Assembly (NCBI GenBank): GCA_048939625.1 | Contig: JBHLPH010000021.1 | Coordinates: 1-30,894, forward strand | Length of the DNA stretch: 30,894 nucleotides | Direction of reading: 5' to 3' | Source: Promethearchaeota archaeon | GTDB lineage: Archaea > Asgardarchaeota > Hermodarchaeia > Hermodarchaeales > Hermodarchaeaceae | Program-made: the position numbers and the translations under genes | Shown: piece after piece, positions 8,801-17,849 of the stretch | Numbering within the stretch: position 1 is the first letter of the stretch | Layout of the letters: the number at the start of each line of letters is the position of its first letter | The notes under the pieces: model-generated | Databases searched by the model: none | What the model saw: the letters and a program-made list of their open reading frames with translations, nothing else | Told to the model about the DNA's origin: nothing

Positions 8801-10690
8801 TTCGCTCCCGAATATGAAATCAAAGACTATGTCAATCCCCACACTCTTACTCCTACCATTACGATAGGTTCTGAAGCGGTTGAACTAACAAAATATCTCA
8901 AACATGTGCCCTATCGATTCATCCTCAGATATAATGGAGAACGCGAGTTCCAATCAGGTAATAATTACCAAGTCACCAGTAAAATTTCGCTTGAGATGCC
9001 CGTTCCAGGAACCATCGGCGGTGAATATGAATTCTTACATATCCGAACCCCCCCGCGAATCATGACCGCTGAGGAACTTGCAATGCCTCGTCTCCGGAAC
9101 GGTGTAAACTTCCAAGAACTTTTCTATGGAACTGTCTTCATCGGAGACTCCAACTACGATGGCGAATACTACATCTATCGCCTCTGGGTCTGTTTCGAAC
9201 CAGGCGAAAAAACTCCAGCACCGGGAGCCAACTATCGACAAGGGTGGACCAATCATCGACTAGACATTTTTCTCGATCCGAAAACATGGAATCCAAAACT
9301 CCTCATTACCGATTACTATGTTGAATTTGAAGATGGACGTGGTGAATGGGTCGAAGCTCTATTCACCTTCAAAGCTGCCAGTTCAACTCTCTTCGGCATA
9401 CGTCGCCTTACTGCTGATTTTCATCGCGAAGCACCCCTTGATTCCTACCCTGACTCTTTTGAATCCGAAATTCGATACGCTTTAACTTCACTCGGAGTTG
9501 ATGCTGACACCCCGCTAACAATAACGGGTTTTGCCCTTGGTCAACGTTTAGGATTCATTGAACTCATTCGTGCTTGCTGGGCACGTAACAAACAAGATGG
9601 TCCAGTAATCTTCAAACCACCCCGTGCCCACCTGTTCCGCGACTATTGGAGTCAACGATACGAACATGGTCTCTACCGTGATGACTGGCAAGGTGAATAT
9701 CAAACCAATGAATATGAACTAAAAGGCAACGACCGTAGTGGCGGACAATCCAAATACATTCGCGGTTTCCGACAACGCGCCTTTCCTCATGAAATCGGTA
9801 TCATGGCTCGTGAAAAAGACCGCTGCGACCTCATCATCAACCCACCTGGTGAAGGCGAAACAACAATCATCCGCAACCTCGTCAATCCTCGAAAAATCGA
9901 ACTCTGGACCCGACCCCATGTTAGCTTCAGCCGTCGATTCAATTTCATCGCCAAATACTTCGGACGTCCCCCCAAAATCCACACCGCCAGCCTTTACTTC
10001 TATAGCACTCGTCGAGAACTCAATCCCTATTTCAAAACTCGAATCCGTGGAAAGGACCAATGGATACAATACCCCGAAGCCCGATATTGGACTGGCAAAC
10101 AATGGCAGCCAATTCCTCAAGACTTCCATCCTGCTGCACATCCAGAAAATCTAGCCTATGGCATCAACACTTGGCTGGAAGCCGACGCCTATTGGGTCTA
10201 CCGCTATGTCTGGTTCTGGCCCCTCGAATTTACCTTACCCCTCCCTCATGACGACTGGGAACGCGCCGATATCTGGGTCAACGCCCGAACCGGTAAAATC
10301 GAATGGATTACGAGTGATTACCATTATCGTGAACTGTGGTATCAAAACGCTGTGAAAGCGAGTGGAGTTAATCCGATTATTGACTTTCTGTTTAACTGGA
10401 ATACTCCTGAACCATTGACAGTTAAGGACGGTGCCCCAATACATCAGTCTATTGCAGACTATTTTGTGGAAGGAAAATCCATTGGATTATTTGCAGATCA
10501 ACTCCCATGGATGTTTGCCCGTTACAAACACAGCACTGAACACATGCACAAACTCCATGCCTCCTTCTGGGGTCGTAACAAGGTAAAAATCGTCTATGGC
10601 ACACTCGGAATTCTTATCACTTTACTCATCCTCCTACTCATTCCACAAACTCGGACGATTATCTTTCAACTCCTTGGCTTACTCCCATAA
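5831..10690 (+). CDS. giant (~1620 aa) hypothetical protein: SNAP/TPR-like alpha-solenoid, beta-rich middle, duplicated C-terminal domain, C-terminal TM anchor
   Basis: Uninterrupted 4.86-kb ORF with GAAGGAG SD before ATG 5831. The N-terminal half is helical and Ala/Leu/Glu-rich. It has an internal repeat and a hydrophobic C-terminus IVYGTLGILITLLILLLIP, with no signal peptide. Confidence refers to the ORF; domain calls are inference. Confidence 0.9.
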   Translation: MASLDHDTLVKTYRILFQKARDNLEDIAKHLTKEKGQGILDILVQIDELLQRIESASEPSQLEIEVARSIARDFDTIATRWRELEQYFADQVHYDDYVYRSDEDRADAATKAHEIIRNQALEALDAAGTMFGVAKEWRRAAKSFSTVVQARKAEDSSLAAIPAIIREYRCYEQLDDAANVLIIGRAIQKLLSNVSDELSDRDKAMLTEAMEFFRKTAMTAVSHRQQDPDVNIPLAATFLWNEVEALALIAGSDDENTLNRFRALAEFFEQVGKEELTKPTPSIQRFVASYMEGALAYLRITQDIDGFSREEAKQKSLSLTQYAADFILTLLERLGYQRIAIVDDSAKAVKGLIAIFEMVKRGYEGSQAFQELANQAGAILIQAQQRQDQPVIDLAMVFRWLCEGSARGLYVICLKLISDLYRVGIVSDVLDIGSKEELRQRVFDLLVIPDQDELFDLLIDAEVEFGDVVDLFKSLGLYWVAAICKLNQGQLRQNLSYLEAETETVITPDQSETPVDDIVEPDAMPFWGAAPSNDFASAADLFSKAYRLQLSASENRIGGSNDTWIPYRDPEDIRRRAAYSSWLTGLAHLEEGNEEEGGRNLFRAKNAYELLNRHHEAIACLEIWLRELVTTISEEEGSGARPTGERLQEVLNVCDELVGLYSIRRRTPDTVADILDIVGFLQTHVGIENWTLAVFLRALEYTREALILAQRLKLPEPALEKMRFLREELKEFLNGEFAIGIYPDFATEATIYFEAETPVKLAVLNISDKNSTNISIRPLGVLPHISPSTTQPWKSSRDISQVTMKNFYIGTDDEAYELDGQTAYGKPADAFGPPRPIPVVLASMASPDMEPDSPSEQISGEQPWLGVMWTGDYSGMPLGILKGASEEITSSESSISTIDELTQAAFFTVFTKSAREGNILPGQVFPVSFGIYQQGTNDLLAIQTLFFKIASRPKILKAETNWAQELGDKWEESFGITFEEGAQLPLYVPRFAPEYEIKDYVNPHTLTPTITIGSEAVELTKYLKHVPYRFILRYNGEREFQSGNNYQVTSKISLEMPVPGTIGGEYEFLHIRTPPRIMTAEELAMPRLRNGVNFQELFYGTVFIGDSNYDGEYYIYRLWVCFEPGEKTPAPGANYRQGWTNHRLDIFLDPKTWNPKLLITDYYVEFEDGRGEWVEALFTFKAASSTLFGIRRLTADFHREAPLDSYPDSFESEIRYALTSLGVDADTPLTITGFALGQRLGFIELIRACWARNKQDGPVIFKPPRAHLFRDYWSQRYEHGLYRDDWQGEYQTNEYELKGNDRSGGQSKYIRGFRQRAFPHEIGIMAREKDRCDLIINPPGEGETTIIRNLVNPRKIELWTRPHVSFSRRFNFIAKYFGRPPKIHTASLYFYSTRRELNPYFKTRIRGKDQWIQYPEARYWTGKQWQPIPQDFHPAAHPENLAYGINTWLEADAYWVYRYVWFWPLEFTLPLPHDDWERADIWVNARTGKIEWITSDYHYRELWYQNAVKASGVNPIIDFLFNWNTPEPLTVKDGAPIHQSIADYFVEGKSIGLFADQLPWMFARYKHSTEHMHKLHASFWGRNKVKIVYGTLGILITLLILLLIPQTRTIIFQLLGLLP

Positions 10691-10772
10691 GCTAACTTCC
10701 AAAAGCAAGGTTAAGCTTTAAGAACATCAGGTACCAACCTCCGTACAAATCTATACACTATACTAAATTTGC

Positions 10773-11981
10773 ATGGTGATAATGATGAAAGCTGAAGACG
10801 TAAAAAACATCACCGTCCTTGGGGCAGGACTCATGGGTCACGGTATCACCCAATCCTTCGCCCAAGCCGGGTTCCCTGTAACTATGGTCGATATCAAAGA
10901 TGAATTCGTCCAAAAGGGTCTCAACAACATCAAATGGAGCCTTGGCAAATTCCTTGAAAAAGGCAAAATTTCCCAAGCTGATCATGATGAGATTCTCGCC
11001 CGCATAACCATCTCGACCGATCGCGATGAAGCAATCAGGGAAACCGATTTGATCGTTGAAGCCATTCCTGAAATCCTTTCACTGAAACAAGAAGTATTTG
11101 CTGACATCGAAGCAAAAGCACCAAAACATACTATCCTCGCCACAAATACAAGTTCACTCCCCATCACCGACGTGGCGAAAGCAACGAAACATCCAGAGAA
11201 AGTTGTTGGCATGCACTTTTTTTCACCAGTCGTTCGTATGAATATCGTTGAAATTATTAAAGGTGAGAAGACATCGAATGAAGCGGCTAAGGTGATTTAC
11301 GGTCTCACAGAGAAGATGGGGAAAGAACCAGTAATGTGTAATAAGGATGTGCCAGGTTTTATCGCGAATGGTATTCAGATGTTCCCTCTAAATTTTGTGG
11401 GACAACTAGTTGATACTGGTAAATTCACTCCTGAAGAGATTGACTCAGCTACAACTATGAAGTTGGGGCTTCCAATGGGTACCTTTGGACTCTTGGATTT
11501 CGTTGGGATTGATGTGGTGTATAATGTACTAAAATTCATGACCACACGGATTTCCGGCATGAAGATGGCTAAATGCATCGAAGAAAAAGTCCAGAAAGGA
11601 GAATTAGGCGCGAAGACTGGAAAAGGCTTCTATGAGCATCCTGGGAATCGCTGGCAACGGCCATCAGTTTGGTCCCAAGAGTTAGCTGAAAAGTTTGATC
11701 CTCAATTGGTCGTTGTGGTTGGCATCAATCGGGCTGCTGAATTGGTAGCTGATGATGTTGCTACTCCTGCGGATATCGATAAGACGATGAAACTGGGGTT
11801 CAATCAACCTGTAGGCACTTTAGAACTTGCTGACTCTCTGGGCATCGATGCTGTGGTCGAGAAACTCGAATTTGTCGCTAAGGAATATGACGACTTCTAT
11901 TCTCCTCATCCCTTACTGAAACAAATGATTAAAGATGGCAGGCTTGGAATGAAGACCAAAGAAGGCTTCCATAAGTACTAA
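10773..11981 (+). CDS. 3-hydroxyacyl-CoA dehydrogenase (NAD-binding domain + two C-terminal 3HCDH domains)
   Basis: GAGLMGHGI Rossmann motif, VEAIPE, ATNTSS, catalytic GMHFFSP, then PMG..GLLDFVGID / GELGAKTGKGFY repeated as PVG.LELADSLGID / GRLGMKTKEGFH. True start may be ATG 10782 or 10785. Confidence 0.93.
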   Translation: MVIMMKAEDVKNITVLGAGLMGHGITQSFAQAGFPVTMVDIKDEFVQKGLNNIKWSLGKFLEKGKISQADHDEILARITISTDRDEAIRETDLIVEAIPEILSLKQEVFADIEAKAPKHTILATNTSSLPITDVAKATKHPEKVVGMHFFSPVVRMNIVEIIKGEKTSNEAAKVIYGLTEKMGKEPVMCNKDVPGFIANGIQMFPLNFVGQLVDTGKFTPEEIDSATTMKLGLPMGTFGLLDFVGIDVVYNVLKFMTTRISGMKMAKCIEEKVQKGELGAKTGKGFYEHPGNRWQRPSVWSQELAEKFDPQLVVVVGINRAAELVADDVATPADIDKTMKLGFNQPVGTLELADSLGIDAVVEKLEFVAKEYDDFYSPHPLLKQMIKDGRLGMKTKEGFHKY

Positions 11982-11993
11982 TCTCTAATGTAA

Positions 11994-12033
11994 GGGCGTG
12001 AAGTAGACGCCCATTCGTCTCCTTTTCTACTTT
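11994..12033 (+). terminator. stem-loop + pyrimidine tract
   Basis: GGGCGT-gaagtag-ACGCCC (11994-12012) followed by TCTCCTTTTCTACTTT. Confidence 0.55.
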
Positions 12034-12053
12034 GCTCGAACCTTAATGGGTGA

Positions 12054-13373
12054 TTGGGAGTGCGGACAACTATTCAGCTAGGCATGGGTTCCTTTGAATT
12101 CATGATCAATGCCCGTCGGGCGATTTTCTATACCTTCCTCACTTTATTCATGGCTGAAGTGCTAGGTGCTGATTTCATTCAACTCGGACTTGTGATCACT
12201 TTGCCTATGCTTGCAAATGCAGCAATGCAAACCTTTGTGTGGGGTCGGTTAAGCGATCATATACGCAGGCGCCGATTACTCATTGTGGTGGGAGAAACTA
12301 CTGCTGGAATTGGTTATCTACTGATATGGACTAACGTAACAATCTGGACCATCATTATTGGTCTTACAATTACCGAAGCTATCTGGTCAATGTCTAACAC
12401 TGGCTGGTCAGCACTTTTCGCAGACCTAACTGAACCTGGTATCCGATCAACGCTAATGGGGCGAATTAACGCTGTTGGCATTATTGGTCGAATTTTTGGT
12501 GCTACGGTTATTGGGTTTCTCTATGACTTCCCACTTCCTGGTGCAGGATTCTACTGGGTTTTTCCTATTGCTGCGGGTATCATGTTTAGTAGCGTGATAA
12601 CTCTTGTCGCAACTGTCCCGGAAGTTCCTTCAGTAATAACCTCAGCCTTATCGAACAGTGGTTCTCAATTAAAAATAACGAAGCCTAAATGGCGAGATCG
12701 TTACCCAAGTAATTATCTTATCTTTCTTGGTGTTTGGGCATTTATTACAGTAGGTTGGGTCTGTTACCTTTCTCTGTTCACCATATACCTGCGAACTGGT
12801 CTCAATCTCAATTCTATTGAAATTAGTCTTGTACGAAATGTCAATTCGGCAGTGGGTCTTATTGCTGCGCCAGTGGCGGGTGTTCTTGGGGACCGCATTG
12901 GTCGAAAACCAATCATTATTGGCACTCTAATCATTCAAGCCATTACATCGGTTTTCTATGGGTTTGTCAATACTCTTCTTGGGATGTTAGTGGTAAATAG
13001 CGTAAACGGAATTGTTCGACCGACAATCCATACACTAGGTTATGCACTTGCTGCGGATATGATTCCTGAATCTCGACGAGGTGAACTCTTTGGCTTATAC
13101 AATGGTGTATGGACTATTTCCTTTGGATCTTCTCCCACAGCTGTTGGGGGAGTTTATGCCACTTGGCGTATGAACGATTATCTGAATCTAGGGATCCCAC
13201 CTGAAGTTGCAGCGACCCAAGCCATCATTGATACCTTTCTGCTTTCGGCTGGTCTCGTTTTGGTAGGGACCTTCCTCTTTGGATTAATAATCAAAGAACC
13301 AAAACAAAAAGAAGGTGAAACTGAAGTAATCCATGAAGATAAACCAATAGCGGTAATGGATACGCTAGACTAA
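12054..13373 (+). CDS. MFS transporter
   Basis: About 12 hydrophobic segments, with MFS motif A twice (WGRLSDHIRRRR, GVLGDRIGRK), plus RRGELFGLY. Start uncertain. Confidence 0.92.
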   Translation: MGVRTTIQLGMGSFEFMINARRAIFYTFLTLFMAEVLGADFIQLGLVITLPMLANAAMQTFVWGRLSDHIRRRRLLIVVGETTAGIGYLLIWTNVTIWTIIIGLTITEAIWSMSNTGWSALFADLTEPGIRSTLMGRINAVGIIGRIFGATVIGFLYDFPLPGAGFYWVFPIAAGIMFSSVITLVATVPEVPSVITSALSNSGSQLKITKPKWRDRYPSNYLIFLGVWAFITVGWVCYLSLFTIYLRTGLNLNSIEISLVRNVNSAVGLIAAPVAGVLGDRIGRKPIIIGTLIIQAITSVFYGFVNTLLGMLVVNSVNGIVRPTIHTLGYALAADMIPESRRGELFGLYNGVWTISFGSSPTAVGGVYATWRMNDYLNLGIPPEVAATQAIIDTFLLSAGLVLVGTFLFGLIIKEPKQKEGETEVIHEDKPIAVMDTLD

Positions 13374-13422
13374 AATCATTCAACGCATCATAAGACATGC
13401 ACTATCTTCTTGAGGCGCCTTT

Positions 13423-14076
13423 GTGGATCCTTTTATCTTGTTTCTTTTCGGTGTTATTCTCATCTCTTTTAGTGGAGCTCTGGCCCCAGGCCCACTTCTC
13501 TTCACGAATCTATCCAATGCTTCAAGGTGGGGCTGGAAAGGAGGCATCTGGCTCTCCTTAGGTCATACCTGTGTTGAGTTACCCGTTATTCTTCTCATAG
13601 CATTTGGATTAAGTTATGTCATTTACATTCCACTCATACAATTTCTCATAGCACTTCTAGGTGGGACTGTATTGCTGATTTTTGGAGCATTACAAATACG
13701 CGAAGCCTTAATGTCAGTTGATAAAATTACACAAACTGATTTAGCAAAAACAAAGCCAGGTCAACACCCATTCCTAATTGGTCTTATCTTTTCAGCCCTA
13801 AATCCTTTCTTTATTGTCTGGTGGTTTACAGTAGGAGCTAATATTGTACTCACAGCACTCCTCTTTGCTGCACTTGCTGGCGTACTTGTCATGTTTTTAT
13901 CTCATGTTTGGATTGATTATGTATGGTTAGCAGGAACTGCTTTCGCAACACAACGCGGAGCTCATTTGATAGGATCAAGAGGTTATAGAGTCTTCATTGC
14001 ATTCTTTGGGCTGCTACTAATCTACTTTGGTTTGCTCTTCTTCTACAATGCACTTCTTCTTGTGGGGCTCCTTTGA
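13423..14076 (+). CDS. LysE-family translocator
   Basis: SGALAPGP, G....LGH..VE, SALNPFFIVWW and ~6 TM helices. Confidence 0.9.
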   Translation: MDPFILFLFGVILISFSGALAPGPLLFTNLSNASRWGWKGGIWLSLGHTCVELPVILLIAFGLSYVIYIPLIQFLIALLGGTVLLIFGALQIREALMSVDKITQTDLAKTKPGQHPFLIGLIFSALNPFFIVWWFTVGANIVLTALLFAALAGVLVMFLSHVWIDYVWLAGTAFATQRGAHLIGSRGYRVFIAFFGLLLIYFGLLFFYNALLLVGLL

Positions 14077-14196
14077 ATCTTTATGATGTAGAAAAACCAA
14101 AACTCTATCAATTATTCCAAAGATACTAAGTCCGACGATGCCAATTCGAAATATCAGATATAACTTACCGTCTTTGATCGAATACTACGAGATTTG

Positions 14197-15774
14197 TTAA
14201 TTCGGTTTTCCGTATCCACCCCCACCTGGTGTTTGAATACTAATGATATCTCCATTTTCTACCGATAATGTTGCCTTTCCAGGAATTTCTTTCCATTTTC
14301 CGTTATGCCAATGACGATTTTTTCCAAGACGCCCAGAAGCCCCACCCTTCAAGCCCCAAGGTGCGAAACGACGACGTTCGCTTTGAATCGAGACAACCGC
14401 ACGATCAGCTAGGATCTTGATGTCCCGTTGGATTCCTTGTCCACCTTGATACTGTCCTTTGCCACCACTTTCTGGAATCAGACGATAACATTCGACTCGG
14501 AGGGGGTAAGTGCTCTCTAGCGCTTCAATTGGTGTATTTGCAGTATTTGTCATGTGACTGTGAATTCCATTAATGCCCTCCTTATTAGGTCGAGCTCCAA
14601 GTCCTCCACCGATGGTCTCATAGAAGGTAAAGGCTAGAGATGTGCCAGGAAAAACTCCACCAATTGTCAAATTATTCATTGTCCCTTGACTTGCTGCAGG
14701 GATGTGCCCAGGAAGGGCATTCTGCAAAGCTCCGAACAAAACATCCACGACTCTTTGAGATGTTTCAACATTTCCAGCTGAAACAGCAGCTGGAGGGCGG
14801 GGATTAAGAACTGAACCTTTAGGGGCTATCACGGTTAATGGCGAATAGCACCCGGCGTTTACTGGAATTGTGGAGTCGGTGATGCAGCGGAGAACATAGT
14901 ATGAACAAGAAAGGGTCACTGCAAGGGGTGCATTGATATTTCCTTGGGTTTGTTCAGCGCTTCCTGAAAAGTCAAAGATAATCTGTTGAGGTTGAATCGA
15001 AACCTTAACTTTCAATTCTACCGGTCTGAGTGAAATTCCATCATTATCCATGAAATCAGAGAACGTGTATTCACCTTGGGGCATTTGTGACAGCTGTTGA
15101 AGCATTCTTTGGCGTGAATATTCATGAAAATCAGTGAAGAAAGATGAGACGGTTGGTGCTGAATATTTGGCTAATACGGCTTCAAATCGCGAGACTCCAG
15201 TTGAATTCGCTGCAATTTGGGCTCGAAGATCTCCTTGTCTTTCAAGAGGTGTACGAACATTAGCTAGTATAAGTCGCCAAATGTCTTGGTTTACGGTCCC
15301 TGCATGGAACAGTTTGGTAGGCGGTATTCGTAGTCCTTCTTGATAGATTTCAGTTGCGGCTCCAGGCATCGAACCCGGCGCTGCACCACCAACATCCGCG
15401 TGATGAGCCCGATTCGCAACAAATCCAGCAACCTCCTCCTCATAAATGACTGGTGAAATGAGGGTGATATCCGGAAGGTGTGTGCCTCCCTCAAAAGGAT
15501 CATTTAGCACTATGACATCACCTCTCTCCCATTCGTACACTGGAAAAAGCGCTAAGGCCGCCTTAACGGATTCAGGCATAGCTCCAAGATGGACAGGGAT
15601 ATGCTCTGCTTGACTCACCATCTGTCCTTGACCATCAAAAGCAGCCGCTGAGCAATCACGTCGCTCCTTGATATTCGGTGAATAAGCTGTACGCACCAGC
15701 GTAGCACCCATTTCCTCAGCAACGGAAATGAAGGCATTTCGCAGAACTTCAAAGGATATAGGATCCGTTTTCAT
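14197..15774 (-). CDS. hyuB: hydantoinase B / 5-oxoprolinase beta subunit
   Basis: AEEMG..L.RTAYSPNIKERRDCS, HIPVHLG, NDPFEGGTHLPD, RAHHADVGG, EIYQEG, YETIGGG.GA, HMTNT.NTP.E, TPGGGGYG. Confidence 0.94.
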   Translation of the reverse strand: MKTDPISFEVLRNAFISVAEEMGATLVRTAYSPNIKERRDCSAAAFDGQGQMVSQAEHIPVHLGAMPESVKAALALFPVYEWERGDVIVLNDPFEGGTHLPDITLISPVIYEEEVAGFVANRAHHADVGGAAPGSMPGAATEIYQEGLRIPPTKLFHAGTVNQDIWRLILANVRTPLERQGDLRAQIAANSTGVSRFEAVLAKYSAPTVSSFFTDFHEYSRQRMLQQLSQMPQGEYTFSDFMDNDGISLRPVELKVKVSIQPQQIIFDFSGSAEQTQGNINAPLAVTLSCSYYVLRCITDSTIPVNAGCYSPLTVIAPKGSVLNPRPPAAVSAGNVETSQRVVDVLFGALQNALPGHIPAASQGTMNNLTIGGVFPGTSLAFTFYETIGGGLGARPNKEGINGIHSHMTNTANTPIEALESTYPLRVECYRLIPESGGKGQYQGGQGIQRDIKILADRAVVSIQSERRRFAPWGLKGGASGRLGKNRHWHNGKWKEIPGKATLSVENGDIISIQTPGGGGYGKPN

Positions 15775-17849
15775 TTAATCCACTCCAAGATGATGTTTCC
15801 TCCTTTTCGAACCACTGCTTTTGTGTTCGGATGCACAACCGTAGTTGAATCAAGCTGTTCGATAATCGCTGGACCTTCAATTTCAGCTCCTCGCCCTAAC
15901 ACTGTCCGTGTAAACACTGGTGTGCTGACAAATCCCTTAGCTTCCTCAAAAAAGACCTCTCTCCATGATTGGATTTCAGGTGCTCCTTGTTGTTTCGGAA
16001 TTTGAACTAATTTAAGATCGGGCATGGGTCCTTGAGCAATCACGCGGAGATTTACAAGAGTTACCGGGGCCGTGGGTGCAGCGAACCCGTATTGCTGTTC
16101 ATGGTGCATATGGAAGGTTTGATTCAATCGACTGACCCAATTCTTGGTGATACGTCCCTCTGGAACTGGTACAATAATCTCATAGGCTTGACCGGTATAA
16201 CGGAGATCAGCAAGGCGTTGAGATCTAATGGTATTTGAAGCAACACCTTGTCGTCGGAGTTGTCCTTTGAGTTCTTCTTCTAGGCGCTGATACAGCACGT
16301 TGATTTGGGTTAGGTTTGGAGACTCGAGGGATTCAAGTAGCGTTTGACTTTGGTCAACACGAAGATTGGTAGCTAGTAAACCTAACGCAGAATGCAAGCC
16401 TGGAGCAGGTGGGATGATGACCCGTGGAATTCCCAGGTTTTTAGCAAGGTCCCAGGCATGCATCGGTCCAGCCCCCCCAAAGGCTATTAAAGCAAAGTCA
16501 CGTGGATCAAAACCCCGTTGAATTGAAACCACCCGAATAGCTCGTTCCATGTTTGCATTAACTACTCTGACGATTCCAAACGCACATTCCGCAGAGGTTA
16601 AGTGAAGCTCATCTGCCAATATCTTCATAGTATCAGCTGCAAGATCTACCTTCAGTGAAATCGCTCCGCCTAAAAAATTCTCAGGGTTCAAACGCCCTAG
16701 TATTAAGTTAGCATCCGTTACGGTAGCGTCAGTTCCCCCCATTCCATAGGCAGCTGGACCAGGATTAGCCCCAGCGCTTTGCGGTCCTACTCGCAAAATT
16801 CCGCCTGTATCAATCCAGCCAATACTCCCACCACCTGCTCCAACGGTTTCTACATCGACCATTGGAAGTCGACAAGGTAATCCTCCAATATGCCCCTCAG
16901 ATGTTTCTCTTATTATGCCATTGCTAATGAGTGCCACATCAGTACTCGTTCCACCCATGTCCAAACTGATAATTTCCGTTTCCTTAAGAGAAGCACTGGT
17001 GTATGCACCCCCCAGTGTTCCTCCTGCCAGCCCGCTGAATAATAAACGGGCGGCGTGTTGCTGTGCAACTTTGGATTGAAGAACACCTCCTTGACTTTGC
17101 ATTATTAATAGAGGTGTGTTGATTCCTGCTTTACTAAGTGCCTTATCCAAGCGTTGAAGGTATTTGGCAATTACTGGATTGACATAAGCATCTAAGACCG
17201 TGGTGGACATCCGCTCATATTCCCGGTATTCAGGAAGGACAACCGATGATATACTCACTGATAAATCTGGATTGTGCCTTTGGAGTTCTTGAAGTAGGCT
17301 AATCTCATGTTGTGGGTTCCGGTAAGAAAATAGTAAACAGATTGCCACAGCATCAATGTCCACAATTGCTTTTTCGACTACATCATTAACCTCCTTCCTA
17401 GTCAGAGGTTGATGCACTGTCCCATCCTCGAGAATTCTTTCCGGAACCCCAATAATATGGTCACGTGTTACCAGTGGGGGAATACGCTCAACGAAAATAT
17501 CATAGAGATTTGGACGTTGTTGGCGACTAATTTCTAAGAGATCTTCGAATCCTTTTGTTGTAATTAGACAGACCTTGGCTCCTTTCCGTTGTAAGACGGT
17601 ATTCGTCGCCACAGTGGTTCCAAGTAGGATATACTGAACTTCATTTGGAGGAATATTTGCTAATTCTAACACCTTTTGGAGCCCCTCTAAAACTCCTATC
17701 GAGGAATTATCGGGGGTCGACCGCACCTTAACATGCCATTGTCTCCCAGTTGAATCGATTAGAATGACATCTGTGAACGTACCTCCAATATCGATTCCAA
17801 CTCGAATTGGTTCAGAATTTCCACTTTGGTTAAGCATCCTCTTCACCAT
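15771..17849 (-). CDS. hyuA: hydantoinase A / 5-oxoprolinase alpha subunit (ATP-binding)
   Basis: GIDIGGTFTD, GTTVATN, REYER.STTV, DMGGTSTDV, GAGGGSI, GPQSAGA.PGP, FGGAGPMH. ATGA overlap with hyuB. Confidence 0.94.
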   Translation of the reverse strand: MVKRMLNQSGNSEPIRVGIDIGGTFTDVILIDSTGRQWHVKVRSTPDNSSIGVLEGLQKVLELANIPPNEVQYILLGTTVATNTVLQRKGAKVCLITTKGFEDLLEISRQQRPNLYDIFVERIPPLVTRDHIIGVPERILEDGTVHQPLTRKEVNDVVEKAIVDIDAVAICLLFSYRNPQHEISLLQELQRHNPDLSVSISSVVLPEYREYERMSTTVLDAYVNPVIAKYLQRLDKALSKAGINTPLLIMQSQGGVLQSKVAQQHAARLLFSGLAGGTLGGAYTSASLKETEIISLDMGGTSTDVALISNGIIRETSEGHIGGLPCRLPMVDVETVGAGGGSIGWIDTGGILRVGPQSAGANPGPAAYGMGGTDATVTDANLILGRLNPENFLGGAISLKVDLAADTMKILADELHLTSAECAFGIVRVVNANMERAIRVVSIQRGFDPRDFALIAFGGAGPMHAWDLAKNLGIPRVIIPPAPGLHSALGLLATNLRVDQSQTLLESLESPNLTQINVLYQRLEEELKGQLRRQGVASNTIRSQRLADLRYTGQAYEIIVPVPEGRITKNWVSRLNQTFHMHHEQQYGFAAPTAPVTLVNLRVIAQGPMPDLKLVQIPKQQGAPEIQSWREVFFEEAKGFVSTPVFTRTVLGRGAEIEGPAIIEQLDSTTVVHPNTKAVVRKGGNIILEWIK

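Noticed and set aside
9719-10355. Several overlapping alternative-frame ORFs inside the giant gene, and likewise inside dppD, dppF and the S8 gene
   Set aside because: They have no recognisable motifs and are explained by local C-rich codon bias depleting stop codons in other frames.
5831-10690. Giant ORF as an anti-phage defence NTPase (STAND/Avs type)
   Set aside because: I could find no Walker A/B, nuclease, TIR or SIR2 motif, and the neighbourhood is not defence- or mobile-like.
11994-12012. 3'-UTR hairpins as SECIS elements
   Set aside because: No upstream gene has an in-frame UGA at a Cys-equivalent position (the thioredoxin has an intact CxxC), and the stems are too short.
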